A DNA stretch of 63,830 nucleotides, filler included, from Octopus bimaculoides (lineage: Eukaryota): assembly GCF_001194135.2 (NCBI RefSeq). It is 5 parts of 5 records of this genome, joined end to end, with 100 filler letters (N's around TTAATTAATTAA, not from the genome) between each part and the next. Parts side by side here need not be neighbours in the genome. Positions count along the whole stretch, not along the records: positions 1 to 28,085 come from NC_069002.1; 4 more parts are not named here. One strand, given 5' to 3'. The notes under the pieces were generated by a model. That model made no database searches. It worked only from the letters and a program-made list of their open reading frames with translations, and was not told the origin of the DNA. The position numbers and the translations under genes were made by a program. The first letter of the stretch is position 1. Each line of letters starts with the position of its first letter. Below, in pieces: positions 1-12,887 of the stretch.

Positions 1-491
1 TATATATATATATATATATATATATTACACACAGACGTACACCTCGTCATACCCACACACAAACAATAATCCCTCCGCCACACACTCCACCGTAAACTCC
101 ACCACCCTACCATCCAATCACCCCATCATCCAATCAGCCCCACCATCCCACGGATATTTTATTTCTTCTTCCAATGATAATGATAATCTTCTTAAAAGTG
201 TCCAACACTTAAGCGGAGGCCATTTCAACACTATCGGATTTGATGTCACTTCAGCTACACTCGACTGTAGTCCTGTCTTGCCGAATAACAAATATCTTTC
301 TATCTCCGCCATTCATGTGACAATTCGCTTTCGTAATGGCGTATGGTGTGATTGTTATGGCTTTGTAGAAGCTTTTTATTATCACCTCATATATTCACGC
401 TTCAATCCGATGTGCTGTTATCTCTCCATATAACTGTATCGCATCGTTAGCTTTTTTGTTGTCTGTTTAGGATGATACATACATACATACA

Positions 492-589
<98 letters not shown>

Positions 590-743
590 CACATACAGGA
601 TGGTCTAAAGTCACGCACCAAAACATCTGACATTTTATTTATATTACGTTAATGATTATGTTATTATTACGAGCATTGGGGGTCAACGTAATCGACTAGT
701 CCCCTCCCCTGAAATTTCAGACCTTGTGCCTTTAGTAGAAAGG

Positions 744-814
<71 letters not shown>

Positions 815-827
815 TTTTATCATTATT

Positions 828-1090
828 AAGGCGGCGAGCTGGCAGAAACGTTAGCACGCCGGGCAGAATGCTTAGCGGCGTTTCGTCCGACTTTACGTAC
901 TGAGTTCAAATTCCGCCGTGTTCGACTTTGCCTTTCATCGTTTCAGGGTCGATAAAATAAATACCAGTTGAGTAATGGGAGAATGAATACCAATAGAGTA
1001 CTGTGGTCGATGTAATCGACTATCCCCCTCTCCCAAATTCCAGGCCTTGTGCCTATAGTAGAAAGAATTGTTATTATTATAATTATTATT
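828..1090 (+). mobile_element. tRNA-derived octopus-type SINE, family 1, full length
   Basis: GGCGGCGAGCTGGCAGAAACGTTAGC head (A box), GAGTTCAAATTCC B box, body, (TTA)n tail. A 3' fragment with a (TAA)n tail lies at 676-815. Confidence 0.85.
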
Positions 1091-1219
1091 ATTCATTTCG
1101 TTTATCATGTACAACTACGTATGTATTCATCTTTATTTTATTTATGTTATTTAATAAAAAAAAACAACATGTCTTTGATAATTCCAAAGCGTATTGAACT
1201 TGTTTTATATATATATATA

Positions 1220-1320
1220 TGAAAGGCAAGGTAGACCTCGGCGGAATTTGAGCTCAGAACGTAAAGACAGATGAAGTGCTGATGAACATTTTGCCTGGCG
1301 TGCTAACAATTCTGCCCGCT
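1220..1320 (-). mobile_element. SINE family 1, 5' fragment
   Basis: Reverse complement of the 828 copy's head. Confidence 0.75.
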
Positions 1321-1789
1321 CTGGAGTATCACCTAAAAACTTGTCTCTGCATTTCTTTGATTCGTGTCAACAACAACAGTCAGTTCACCCCGCCCCACAA
1401 GCTTTCCTTTGACCAACTCTAACTTGGCATCAAATGACGTTGAGGTGTGGTAGAGGTATGGTGTGTGTGTGTGTGTGGTGGGGGTTGTAAGAACGAAGTT
1501 TGACTGATTTTAAAATCCAAACATTTTTATGGCAGAACGTGAAAAAAATATTGCAAATGAGAAAGTGTCAGCTGGTTTAAACCAATGAAGTGATACATGG
1601 CAAAAAGGACCAATCAGGGATCGGTATTTGTCTAAACCAATCAGGATAGAGATGCAGGAGTTGAACAGGGAAGACTAATTATAGTTAGAAAAGGAGGGGG
1701 ACTAGCTAAGTGGGGTGGGGAAGGAAAAAACAGAGAAACAAACTAATATGAGAAATACATGGAAATAAGCAGGAACTACCAAAATACGA

Positions 1790-2415
1790 TTGCGATTCTG
1801 GTACCATAAGAGCTACCAACATACCTGGTACCACGACTCTGATCCTGAAAGATTTGCTATAATCTGTTCTGGTACCAAAACAACTAACAAAATCTCTGGT
1901 ACCACGATTCTGGTACCCAAGGAACTACAAAAATCTCCGGTGTCATCAATATGGCACCAAAAGTACTACTGGACTCTCTGGTACCACGACTTTGGCATTA
2001 AAAGAACTCCTAAAATTTCTTGTACAACAACTCATGTACCATAAGAGCAACAAAAATCTGTGGTAGCACGTCTTTGGTACCAAACGAAAAAACAAAACTA
2101 TCTGGTACCACGAATCTGGTCCTGAAAGAACTACTATAATCTTTGACACCGTGCGATTCTAGTACCAAAAGAACTAATAAAATCACTGGTACCACGATTC
2201 TGCTAACAAAAGAACTACAAAATTCTCTGGTGTCACCAATATGGCACCAAAGGTACTACTGAAATCGCTGGTACCAAGACTTTGGTATTAAAAGAACTAC
2301 TAAAATTTTTGGTGTAACGATTCATGTACCAAAAGAACTACAAACATCCCTGGTAGTCCAATATCTGATAGCAGGACTTTGGTACAACGAGAACTACCGA
2401 AATTTTTGGTACCAG
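1790..2415. repeat. ~41-bp minisatellite with ~290-bp higher-order period
   Basis: Units like CTGGTACCACGATTCTGGTACCAAAAGAACTACTAAAATCT; the variant ATGGCACCAAA(A/G)GTACTACT recurs at 1951 and 2241. Confidence 0.85.
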
Positions 2416-2539
2416 GTCTTTTGAAAATGTGAAACTGAAGCACAAAATGCGGCTGGCGCGAGAATGAGGATTGTGTTAGTTCTTGTACGGTAGAAGAAAT
2501 AATATTAGAGATGATTAAGGGGAGAGGGCAGAGAGATAG

Positions 2540-2559
2540 GGATAGAGTGAAAGAGAGAG

Positions 2560-2648
<89 letters not shown>

Positions 2649-2829
2649 GAGAGAGAGAGAGAGAGCGGAGAGAGAGAGAGGAAGGAGAAAGAGAGGATGT
2701 GTGTGTGAGAGGGAGGGTGTGTTTATGAGAGAGAAAATAACTAAGGAACCGAGAAAGAGAGAGAGAGAGAGAGGGAGATAAAGAGCGGTTGTGTGTGGGA
2801 GAGAGAAAGTAACTAGGTGAGGACAATCA

Positions 2830-2872
<43 letters not shown>

Positions 2873-2971
2873 GAAGGTGTGTGAGTAAGAGAAAAGGAGA
2901 GAGTGTGTGAGAGAGAGAAAGAGGAAGAAAAAGAGTGTGAGTGTGAGAAAATAGCTTGTTAAAGACAATCA

Positions 2972-3030
<59 letters not shown>

Positions 3031-3045
3031 GAGAGAGAGAGAGAA
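2540..3045. repeat. (GA)n microsatellite complex
   Basis: Direct reading of the sequence. Confidence 0.95.
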
Positions 3046-3489
3046 GAGATGAAGCAGACCCATGAAACCGATAAAGAAATATGCAGATCTCTAATACCGA
3101 TGTCAGAGTTGATAATGCTGTGTTACAAATAATATATATTACCGATAATATCGCTCTCACCTTCCAAACATTATCACATTAGTCTTTCGAGCATTATCAC
3201 CTAAATCTTTCAAAAATTATCGCCTGAAGCTTTTTAACACTAATAACTACAGCTTACTAATACTATCACCATTGGTATCAAAACATAGCATCTCTGTCAT
3301 CCTATTACTATCACCATAGTCTTTCAAAGTGCTACCAACCCCTGCCGTGTCTATACTATCAACTAAGCCATCCCCAAATAATCGCAGGTATAAGACGTTG
3401 GAGGTATAACAAGAAAGAGATGTGGCTGCTACTTTTGGCAGGCCAAGTGATCTCATATTTAGCTAAGCACTTCACTCTGTATGGTGCAT

Positions 3490-3830
3490 AGGCCATTAAC
3501 GACTTTTCTTCGTTTTTCTTGACTCTGGGATCTCAGGTCCACTACCGCAGTATATAGGCGCACCCAAAGAGGGCTTCACCGCGGAGGGAAGGCCTTCTTC
3601 TCCCAGGTCTTGGTTTTGTATTGTCTCTCTAGGAAAGGGTCTTGGCCCTATGTAAACTCATTTTTTTACCTCTAGGTTCCATGGTAGTCTGGCTTCTATC
3701 CTTTGATCTGTCTACCATGAGCGGCCCTAACAGGTGCTTGCACTCCACTGATATAGCTCCCAGGGTCACTGATGCGCACAAGTAGCCAGACCACCACAAG
3801 GACGGGTCCCTGTAGTGGTGAGTAATCATA
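3490..3830 (-). mobile_element. Probable RTE/Rex3-type LINE 5' UTR fragment
   Basis: CAGTGACCCTGGGAGCTAT..TAGGGCCGCTCATGG resembles RTE 5' UTRs as recalled; a 12-bp long-range stem joins 3683-3694 and 3784-3795. Confidence 0.35.
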
Positions 3831-5797
3831 CAAGGCCCTACTTTTCCTATAAATGCTTCCATATTCTTGTATACGACCTAACATTCTTCATTACTCCACT
3901 GCCCACACCTCTACTCTTTTGAGAATATTAAAACCTATCTTTAAAAAAAATCGACATCCACTCAATGACACACTCAAGACCACAAGAGAACGCCTCCTCT
4001 GCTATCGCCACTGTTCCTTGGTGCCGTCTTCGCATTGTCTGTGAAAAATGATGCCTTTTGCCTGATTTGATGAACTTCTGAGAGCAAGATGCTTCAGATC
4101 TGGGTGTTTATCTTACCTAATATTGGTGACTCTCTACCAGTTGGTGTCATAATAGAAGGTTCAACAGCAGCAAGGGGAAATAAACCTGCGACAACAGGGA
4201 GCGGTAGATGCCCCACCAGCCTAGTATTGTCGTCGTCCCAACACCCTGACAAGTGGAGAACCGATATAGAGATATATTGAAGTAAACATTTCCCACAGTT
4301 CGTAGAGAAGGTTCCAGAAAAGCAGGGGGGAATGATTGTGTAGCATGTTGTAGGGAAAAAAACTACGCAGAAAATGGGGAGGAGGCTTTATTTTGAAAAA
4401 TATTTGGTTTGATGTGAAATATTGAGGTCGAGGAGAGAACAGTGAAATTTTTGCTGCAAGTTAGGATGAGAACAAAGTAGGGTTTCTAAGTAAATTGTAC
4501 ACCTCTGAAGAAGGGCTGTGTATGGAAGTGAAATGTTAAACCTATAAGTTTGGCCAAGGTTTTGAAAGTGGTTCAACATTGATTTAGGGCAGTGAAGAGA
4601 TAAAATTGATAATTTTGAAGCAGTTTAGTGTTAGAACAAAGCAAGGTTTCTGGGTAAATTAGTATAAATCTGAAGAAGGGCAGAGTATGGAAGTGAAGTG
4701 GTAAACCGATAAGTTTGGCCAAGGTTTTGAAAGTGGAATAGGTTTGAAGTAGGGCAGGAAAAGGAAGTGATATAGCGATAGTTTTGGTCAGGGTTTTAGA
4801 AATGGCACACCGTTGATTTAGGGGCTGCGTTGAAGAGTGAGGAAAAGTTGAATAAATGCAAATTTGGGAAGTGTTAATATTGATTACATTGACTAGGAAG
4901 AGTGATTGAACAAAGTGACAGCATTTTTAATGCAAGTGTCTTTGAAGTGGTTTTGGATATAGATTGAAAGAGGCGCATGCTTGGGTCAAGATAGAGTAAA
5001 TTACAGAATGTATATATATNNNNNNNNNNNNNNNNNNNNNNNNNNNNNATATATATATATATATATACACGTATATATCACTGTCAAGGAGGGATCTTAA
5101 GATGGTATTGAGTAGAATCTGAGCAGAATTTGAAGATGGCTCATTTGAGGGAGGAATGAAGCAGGAATGGAACCTGAATTAAAGTGAAGGGAAATATCAA
5201 AGTGGTGGGGGTTAAATACTACCAAAATTGAGGGTCACAACAAAATCCAAAGTCATGTTACAACTACACTTACAACAAAAAAAGTTTTACACGAAAACCA
5301 GGGGAACGCCAGATCAAACAAAATAGGGGAACAAAAAAATGGAGATGACAGGGTCCTTGACGAAGGTCACAGTAAGCCAACAACAATGGTTACTACAAGA
5401 TCATTGACATGTATAGAATCGGGTTTTGAAACAATGGTTACAAAAGGGTCAGTTACAAAAGGTAGGGTTTGGGTTAGTGTTAAAAGCGAAAATATGGTCA
5501 ATGATGAATGCCACAACAGGATAAATGGTGAAAAACAATGGATGAGAAAGGTCGTATAATGCTCACTAGGAGGCGTGATGGAAGGTTCAGTAATGAAACT
5601 CAGGGAAAACATCAAATGATATGGTTAGAGATGAAGGCTACAACACAGTTGGTGATGACAGCAAGGGAACTGATGACAATAGGGAAGGAATGGAATAACA
5701 GGGTAAGTGAAAACCTTATCATGTTATAATTGTTTTGTGCTTTGCTTATTATACACGCATATTCATGGTAGGTGCGTTTATGTGTATGTATATACGT

Positions 5798-5849
<52 letters not shown>

Positions 5850-6171
5850 GTGGTGTAGCCTAGTGGTTGATGTAGTTCGCTTAGTTATCACAAGGATCTG
5901 GGTTCCAATGAAGAAAGAAAAATAAACCAGAAGAAATAAAAAAGGGAAGAGAAAAAGAAGAGTCCAGGGAAAAAGAGAGAAGAGGATAGAGGTGGACATT
6001 ATCTCACGATTATGCATAGCACACACATTCAGACACACACATACACACACATGTAGGCACTTATATTCAAGGAAACACAATCATAGACACACACAATAAC
6101 AGGCAAGTCGTCAGACGCTCACGCTTTAACTTACCAGCAAATATGGAGAGAAAGGACGAGCAAGACATATT

Positions 6172-6382
6172 GATTTCAAATTTTGGCACAAAGCCAGCAA
6201 TTTCAGGGGAGGGGGCAAATCGATTACATCGTTAATACTCAACTGGTACTTATTTTATCGACCCCGAAAAGATGAAAGGCAAAGTCGACTTCGGCAGTAT
6301 TTGACTTTTGAACGTCCAGACGGACGAAATGCTGCTAAGCATTTTGTCCGGCCTGCTAACGATTCTGCCCGCTCGCCGCCTT
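6172..6382 (-). mobile_element. SINE family 1
   Basis: Near full-length reverse copy, 170 nt downstream (minus sense) of the candidate 6555-6615 exon. Confidence 0.85.
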
Positions 6383-6554
6383 AGAAAGAGCAAGGCATAT
6401 TAATTCTAAGAATCACCAAAAAATATAAAAATTACCGAAATCGTCATCATTTTCCAAAGTCAGAGATAAGATACATAACAGAGAATTCATTACACAATGA
6501 TGGATGTAGAATTTAGTGGACGGACATTTCCTGCTGCCTGTGAGTAGGACATAC

Positions 6555-6615
6555 CGGCTGTAGTATAGCACCCTGGTACCAGGGACCAATAAATTCGCCG
6601 TAAGATATATCGCAT
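6555..6615 (-). CDS. Candidate next exon (cytoplasmic tail, K-CDISYGEFIGPWYQGAILQP)
   Basis: CTTTTTCAG acceptor and CCG|GTATGT donor; 61 nt. The phase-2 start is compatible with the TM exon (AA+A = Lys) and the frame is open. Read-through past the donor would end ...QEMSVH*. Confidence 0.55.
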
Positions 6616-7299
6616 CTGAAAAAGTTGCTTCCTACTATGAATCAATAACGATTTCCCCCATGTATGTATATGTGTGTGTGGGTGCGCGCGGATACACATG
6701 AATGCATATGTATGTCAGAGGGACGAACAGGAATTTATAACACCCTTCACCTCTCTCTTCTACTCGGACTTTTCCTTCCTTTCATTTATCTTTCTTTCTC
6801 CCTTATCTTTCTCTTTTCCGTCTCAGTCGAAGTGATTGACTTCGGTGTTTCTATTGTGTATCTATACGTCCGGCTCCCTTCAACCTTTTCTTTCGCCAGC
6901 CCTTCTATCGACAGCTGGCTGAAAGCAGGTCGTACTTTATGTGTCTTTGTATATGTACCTGCTTACCTATGTGTGTATGCATATGACAGGGAACTTTTCT
7001 TTCCTCTTTCTAGACCTATCTGAGTGGGTATGGGTAAGTGATCATGTACCTGTGTGTATGTATATGTATGTATGTGCACATGCGCGTGTATGTGTGTGCC
7101 TTTACTACTCACTGTTTTCCTTCGTCTCATGTTCTCCACTGATCTCCGCCAAAAGTCGGCTTGTGAGTTCAGTGAATCGTGTCTAATGCAATCGCGTATA
7201 ACACAAAAAGTAGCAAAGTACGAAAAGAGATATATCATGGTTCAACCCACCTTTTAGTATATATGTAATATCCAGCATAGGCAGAACCGTTCTAAAATT

Positions 7300-8030
7300 A
7301 AGACACAGATATTTCCTTAACAACCGTAAATATAAGATTTTAACAAAAACACTGCAAAAGTTGAATGCAACTGTATTGACAATCTTGCCAACTCCATTGC
7401 TAAAATTTGCAGAAAATCTCACACAAATAGGAACTGGCCAAATTTTCTACTTGAATGGCGTGATTAACGAAGGGACTCACATAATTAACAAAACATCTCT
7501 ATTACCGATCGTTTCTCCAGGTGAAACGGATAGAAACGGCCACATCACGAACATGAAGGCCTTCTATTTAGGGTCGGAAAGTATTTCAACTTTTAACAGC
7601 TGTTGGTAATTTACAAGTACGACAGAAAACTGCTCTCAGATCTGGGAGGATACTTCTGATACCTACATTGAAGGATCAATCGGTTGACCTTTCTCTGGAT
7701 CCCATCACTAACGGACACCCCACCATCCCCTACTCTCCAGGCGTGCTGCCCCCTATATCTTTTCTGTCGCTATGATAATGACTTCTGTCCCTCTGCACTG
7801 ACTGACCCCGTACCCCCACAATTCAGGTGCTTCCCAACTACACATTCGGCGCATCGGATATACTCTTTCCTAATGATATCCATTATGCTCATTTCTTTAT
7901 CTCCAGAGTATTATCCCATTTGGAACCTTCTCCTTTTTCATTTTCCCGAAGACGTTAACTTGCATCAGTTTAAACAAAACATTTAGAGTATCAACCTCAG
8001 TAGTCGCGGAGGGTCTGCGAAGAATATATA
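7300..8030 (+). mobile_element. CR1/L2-group LINE 3' end (RT C-terminus and 3' UTR), decayed
   Basis: ENCSQIW (compare EYCSHIW), CPLYLFCRYDNDFCPSAL (compare LCLFYRYYNGxCSSEL), IWN..FPEDVNLHQFKQNI. Confidence 0.75.
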
Positions 8031-8086
8031 TATATGTATATATAGCATTATATATATATATATATATATATATATGAATATATATA

Positions 8087-8201
8087 CAGGGTGTCTACAA
8101 AGTCTGGCTACATGGAGTAAATAAAATCATAATTAAATATAAGAAATAATAATTTCTTAAAGTATGTGTTAATCCTCGTGTACCCAGGCTTTGTGGACAC
8201 C

Positions 8202-8204
<3 letters not shown>
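8087..8204. mobile_element. 118-bp Tc1/mariner-type MITE in a (TA)n tract
   Basis: TIRs CAGGGTGTCTACAAAGTCTGG / CCAGGCTTTGTGGACACCCTG flanked by TA; second copy at ~59324-59414. Confidence 0.85.
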
Positions 8205-8245
<41 letters not shown>

Positions 8246-9014
8246 CTAATATATATATTATATATATTATAATATATTATATAATGCAGATGTTATTATA
8301 TATATCATAATATATATGTTATATGAATTGTAATATATATATATCGTATTATGTATGTATGTTATTCAAATATGTGTGTGTGTGTTCGTGTATATCTCTG
8401 TGTTAGTGCGTATCTGTGTATGTGTGTATATGTATACAGTTTATATATATATAAGCATGTTTATATATGTGTCACTCTATAAGAATCTAGATGTGGAAAG
8501 TAGTGACGAAAGAGATGGAAGATAGAGAAAGTATTATAAAGTGAGATGGATTGGATAATAAATTAAAATGAAACAAAGCCAAGAGAAGATATAGCCAACA
8601 GACAGCATCAAGAACGCATAGGAGACAGGCAATCTAGCGAGCAGACATTGAAATATCGGGAAGAACTGAACAAAAAGTGAGAAAGTAAGAGATAACGCGA
8701 GTTAGAGAGGAAAAGGGGAAAGAAAGAAGAGCTCTATGACAGAGACGAGGAATTGAGGGGTTATGGGATACTGTAAAAAGAGATACAGAGTAAGTATATG
8801 AGAGAAAGAGAAGATGACAGAATGAGAGAGATAGGGAAAGAGAAATACGCCTAATGTCGAAGCGTAGGGAGAACTTAAGAAATAGAAAGTAGATTGGGGA
8901 AGGTTTTCATTGGGAGAAAAACTGACGTAGAACTCCCCTTCTCCCTGTGTATGTATGTATGTATGTATGTATGTATGTATGTATGTATGTATGTATGTAT
9001 GTATGTACGTATGT

Positions 9015-9385
9015 ATTAAGTCATTATTCAGTTTTATTCCAAGATTTCTTGCCAATAGAGAAAGAACCGGTTTCTAACCCAGATCCAAGGCTCCTTCATT
9101 GGAATTTCAACACCAACAGGGTATTTTTGTATGTATGGATGTATACGTGAAGATTTGTATGTTTTGTTTAATGTATGTATTCTCATGCATATATTTGCAT
9201 ACCTAAACATGCTTATATATTCTTAAATGATAAACTTCTGGAAAGTTTAACAGGTTTTTATAGTTCCAGTGATGGCTTGAACCTGTAGTCTTCAAATTAA
9301 CTTTCTCCTTTCCGGTTTTGAGAAACCTAATTTCTCAAGATTGGTATTTAGGCAGTGTGTTACATATCCGAGTGCCCCAATAATT
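9015..9385 (+). repeat. ~370-bp dispersed repeat (second copy at 52200-52560), next to (TATG)n
   Basis: Collinear similarity by eye over the whole length between the two copies. Confidence 0.85.
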
Positions 9386-9406
9386 ACAGCTATGTATGTA
9401 TATATG

Positions 9407-9461
<55 letters not shown>

Positions 9462-10219
9462 CAGAAGAGGAAAAATAACGGTGTATGCGAATGAGTCAAT
9501 AATAATAATTATTATAAAAATGGTAAGGAAGAGTAAAAGAGTGAGAGTGAAAAAGTAAGGAAGTAATGAGAAAATTGTTTAAACATACAAAGGTAATTGC
9601 AAGTCAAACAGGCAGCTATAGAGAAACTGTTCGACATTGAGTTACTGGGCAAAAATTATGGCAAAAGTAAGTCAATGGCTGATGCGAAGAATTTGGTGCA
9701 AATCTACAAGAAAAACCAAGGGGAAACAGAAGAAGGGATCGCGGTTAAAAGAATAAGAATCACTGACAGAAGACAAAATGAAAGACAAGAAGAAAATGAA
9801 GCAAGACTTGAAGCAGAAAAGGAAGAATTACTGAATAGAAACAGAAATAAACTCCGTCATTTTTGACAGGCACTACTACAGTATATATGTATATGTATGT
9901 ATGTGTGTGTGCGTGTTTGTTTGTTTGTTTGTATGTGTGTATGTATGTGTGTGTGCGTATGTATGTGTGTGCGCGCGTGTGTGTGTTGTGTTATTCATAA
10001 TTTCCTTACAAATTAAAGTTCTGTTTCGGATCTTAACAAATCTCTTCAGAGATTTTAACAATGGAGCTTGTTAAGAAGTGAAACTAAGCTGCATTTTGTG
10101 ATAAAGCAGCAACACGTTCTTCTGAATTGTTAAATTTTAAGTTTTAGCATTAAATATTTTTAAATGCATTATAAATTATATATTATACATGTGTGTAAAC
10201 ATATGTATGACTGTATATA

Positions 10220-10252
<33 letters not shown>

Positions 10253-10753
10253 NNNNNNNNNNNNNNNNNNNNNNNNNNNNNNNNNNNNNNNNNNNNNNNN
10301 NNNNNNNNNNNNNNNNNNNNNNNNNNNNNNNNNNNNNNNNNNNNNNNNNNNNNNNNNNNNNNNNNNNNNNNNNNNNNNNNNNNNNNNNNNNNNNNNNNNN
10401 NNNNNNNNNNNNNNNNNNNNNNNNNNNNNNNNNNNNNNNNNNNNNNNNNNNNNNNNNNNNNNNNNNNNNNNNNNNNNNNNNNNNNNNNNNNNNNNNNNNN
10501 NNNNNNNNNNNNNNNNNNNNNNNNNNNNNNNNNNNNNNNNNNNNNNNNNNNNNNNNNNNNNNNNNNNNNNNNNNNNNNNNNNNNNNNNNNNNNNNNNNNN
10601 NNNNNNNNNNNNNNNNNNNNNNNNNNNNNNNNNNNNNNNNNNNNNNNNNNNNNNNNNNNNNNNNNNNNNNNNNNNNNNNNNNNNNNNNNNNNNNNNNNNN
10701 NNNNNNNNNNNNNNNNNNNNNNNNNNNNNNNNNNNNNNNNNNNNNNNNNNNNN

Positions 10754-10811
<58 letters not shown>

Positions 10812-11403
10812 TACGAAATTAAAATTTAAATATATCAATCAAAAACATAAAAAATTGAAATACAAACAAAATATAAATGAAATATGAAAAAAGACATTTA
10901 ATTTCTCATTAACGTTACGATTAAGTAATTTCGTCTTCGTTGTTGTTTACTCTTAGGCCAGTCTTAATTCAGCAGATTTAAGATTAAACTCATCCCAGTC
11001 ATGGTCATCTTGATTGATCTTACATATGCTGTCTCTTGAATTACTTTAGGTGAAGGTGTCCTTCATATTTTTTTCTTTTAAAGAGCCAAGTTTATGATTA
11101 AGTCTTTCCGATCAGCAACCTCGAGTATTTCACAGCTGTCACGGTGTTGATATTGAACAGAGGCACATGGTCTCATAGGCTAGAGTGAGGATGAGCATAG
11201 TCCATTAAAATGCGCTCAGTATACGACTGGTACTTTATACCATTGACCTCGGAGCAATGTCAACTTCGGCTGTACATGAACTCCTGAAGTAAAGGGTCGT
11301 ATGTAAGACAAGTCTGTCAGTTACATTTGTCAAAGCACTGCTTTTCCATTCGCAGTACAAGCACTATTTCTTCTGCCACATCTCACTAACGTCACACTAC
11401 TAA

Positions 11404-11439
<36 letters not shown>

Positions 11440-12409
11440 NNNNNNNNNNNNNNNNNNNNNNNNNNNNNNNNNNNNNNNNNNNNNNNNNNNNNNNNNNNNN
11501 NNNNNNNNNNNNNNNNNNNNNNNNNNNNNNNNNNNNNNNNNNNNNNNNNNNNNNNNNNNNNNNNNNNNNNNNNNNNNNNNNNNNNNNNNNNNNNNNNNNN
11601 NNNNNNNNNNNNNNNNNNNNNNNNNNNNNNNNNNNNNNNNNNNNNNNNNNNNNNNNNNNNNNNNNNNNNNNNNNNNNNNNNNNNNNNNNNNNNNNNNNNN
11701 NNNNNNNNNNNNNNNNNNNNNNNNNNNNNNNNNNNNNNNNNNNNNNNNNNNNNNNNNNNNNNNNNNNNNNNNNNNNNNATACGTATACATATAAGAAAGA
11801 GTTTGATGGCTGGTTAAATTATCATCAATTAATATATAACTTATACTTACATATGAAGTTTTCATTTCTTGCAGCTTTTAATTTTCGTTTGTATCTGAAA
11901 TAAACGAACGAATGAATGAATGAATAAATAAATAAATAAATAGATAGATAGATAGATAGATGAATAAAATATTTCTAAAACTTTGGCTGAATATTTTTCC
12001 TTGTATTTTCAATTTGTTATTTTAGTTTACATACGTTTAAAAAAAATTGTAAAGCGTGAACACTTATGTCATTAGTCACATGTTATCAGCGAACCAACTA
12101 ATGGTTAATATCTTTCTGATGGTGAGAGATCGAGGCAGGTAATGGTGATGCAGATGTGTGATGGTAGTGGTGTGAATAAAGGACTTTAATAAACTACGTA
12201 ATACTATGTAATCCTATGCTATACTACTGTATTATGACACTATGCGATACTATAAATAATACTATGTCATAATCACAAGACTATACAATACTTTACAATG
12301 CTACACAATATCATACGATATTACACGATGATACTGTGGGATGACTACAGGATTATAAAATGCTATACAATATTCTGAAACATTACTGTTGCATGATAAC
12401 AATACAACG

Positions 12410-12658
12410 AAATATTTTCCAGGTGTGCTAACGATTCTGCCGGCTCGCCGTCTTTTGTACAATGTCGCATAATCTTTTCTACTACAAGCACAAAGCCTGA
12501 AATTGGGGGAGGGGAGGGGAATAATCGATTACAACGACCCCCAGTACTCAACTGGTACTTAATTCATCGACCCTGAAAGGACGAAAGACAAAAATCGACC
12601 TCGGCGGAATTTGAACTCAGAATTTCAACTAACGACTCTGCCAGCTCGCTGCCTTGTG
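12410..12658 (-). mobile_element. SINE family 1 (two rearranged pieces)
   Basis: CTAACGATTCTGCCGGCTCGCCG head piece followed by a second near-complete reverse copy. Confidence 0.75.
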
Positions 12659-12887
12659 TACAATGTTACATAATGCTATATAATATTATATCAAAGCTAA
12701 ACAATGCTATACAACATTACACAAACCCATACAATACCACTCAATGCAATATTGTACAATATTATACAATAATATACAATAATATTGTGGTACGACTATT
12801 GGACTATACAACATTATACAATACTGTATCATACAATGATATACTATATTATATAATACCGTACAATAACACTGTAGTATAACTTAC

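Noticed and set aside
140-430. ~95-codon stop-free plus-strand frame and a possible terminal minus-strand exon (HIGLKREYMR*)
   Set aside because: No recognisable domain and weak splice signals; not supportable.
1790-2415. CRISPR-like appearance of the GGTACC array
   Set aside because: Units diverge along their whole length with no constant repeat and unique spacers; eukaryotic context; no cas genes.
3870-5730. Possible LINE/Penelope coding relics, including a tandem duplication near 4480-4740 and an SPILFDLAF RT-like peptide
   Set aside because: Too decayed to assign by eye; no run of consecutive motifs.
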